Positions 21,301 to 22,151 of a DNA stretch of 22,151 bases are shown in pieces. The notes beneath the pieces are model-generated. The model was not told where the DNA came from. It made no database searches and saw nothing but the letters and a program-made list of their open reading frames with translations. Source of the stretch: Paraphysomonas bandaiensis (taxonomy: Eukaryota > Protista > Chrysophyceae); the NCBI GenBank assembly GCA_965644295.1, contig CBFFRP010000347.1, positions 1 through 22,151 of the forward strand, written 5' to 3'. Within the stretch, counting starts at the first letter, position 1, and the number at the start of each line of letters is the position of its first letter. The translations under genes and the position numbers were made by a program.

Positions 21301-22151
21301 CTCATAGAACCCAGCACTCACGAAGACCAATAATAGCAGTAGATTCAAAAACTAATCCCATCCACACAATAGCAAGATAAGCCCTCGGATAACGCCTTAA
21401 CATCAATCTCTGTAGTTCCAGTCGGGAAAAACTTAACATGACAAATTGCATCCTCGCATCAACTACAGAATTCACTTGTAGTTAAATAGAATACCACAGT
21501 GAAATTAAAAGATACTGAATTCTCAAATGCTCATAAGATTTTGGATTAACCTTTGCCTTATATATCCAATATAACCAAATGAGAATTACGTAGAGCCACT
21601 AATGGTCATGTAAATAGATTCCGCACTCAATGACATTAACCACAAGTATTTGATCATCATAAACTTCACGCAATTCAATTGTAGGAAATACGCTTCAACT
21701 CAAACACTTGTTCATTTCACCCGCCATTAGACACAATTGAATTTCCGTGAATACAAGTCCGAAGTGAATCAGAGAGACACTAACCTTAGGACTGAATAAC
21801 ACTCCACCAAATACTCGCAACAGCCAAGTTGAGCAAGTCTTAGCTTAAACCTTGTTGTACCCAGACATACTACAACAACGTTGTAAAACTCTTATTTCAT
21901 TCATCATAAACAATAGAAGCGAGTTCACAAAGAAACTTAATTAATCCACTATTCCGAATTTGAATCCATAATATTAACTCAAATCTCTCGTACCACCCTT
22001 TTGCAAGAAGAGACACACACAACTGGAAACCGTAAGTGTCTTACAACCCATTTTGACAACTGAATCTGAAAGTAATCAACCACCATCATCCATGTATTTG
22101 TGCACCAAACTCTACTTTGACATATCTTATTTTGTACAATAATTGTAATTC
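21301..22151 (-). other. Unidentified degenerate sequence, possibly a coding relic or internal cargo of the Gypsy element
   Basis: Short protein-like stretches broken by stops on the minus strand (e.g. CEDAICHVKFFPTGTTEIDVKALSEG); no recognised motif. Confidence 0.25.

Overview
Eukaryotic genomic DNA with short GT-AG introns, probably from a protist (taxon cannot be fixed from sequence alone). Left to right: (1) a 2067-bp tandem duplication carrying two intact 5-exon RWDD2-like (RWD + DUF1115) genes; (2) an intronless YbjJ-like MFS transporter; (3) an 8-exon, 776-aa gene in which an FHA domain is spliced in frame to a WDR70-type WD40 protein; (4) a divergently transcribed, intronless 2OG-Fe(II) dioxygenase; (5) a decayed Copia element abutting a 5'-truncated LINE with RT and RNase H; (6) a second, 5949-bp-period duplication (9218-13533 = 15167-19482) that re-copies the dioxygenase and cuts the FHA-WDR70 gene right after its FHA domain, creating an immediate stop and a clean 120-aa FHA-only ORF with its upstream region; (7) a chromodomain-bearing Gypsy element whose 3' LTR (TG..CA, preceded by a PPT) begins at the exact base where copy 2 stops matching copy 1. 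Most notable: the FHA-WDR70 fusion, the newborn FHA-only ORF, a stop-riddled Gypsy inserted into an apparently undiverged duplicate, and TE decay dominated by 1-11 nt local duplications. Family assignments come from recognised motifs, not database searches; copy identity is from spot checks and identical ORF translations.
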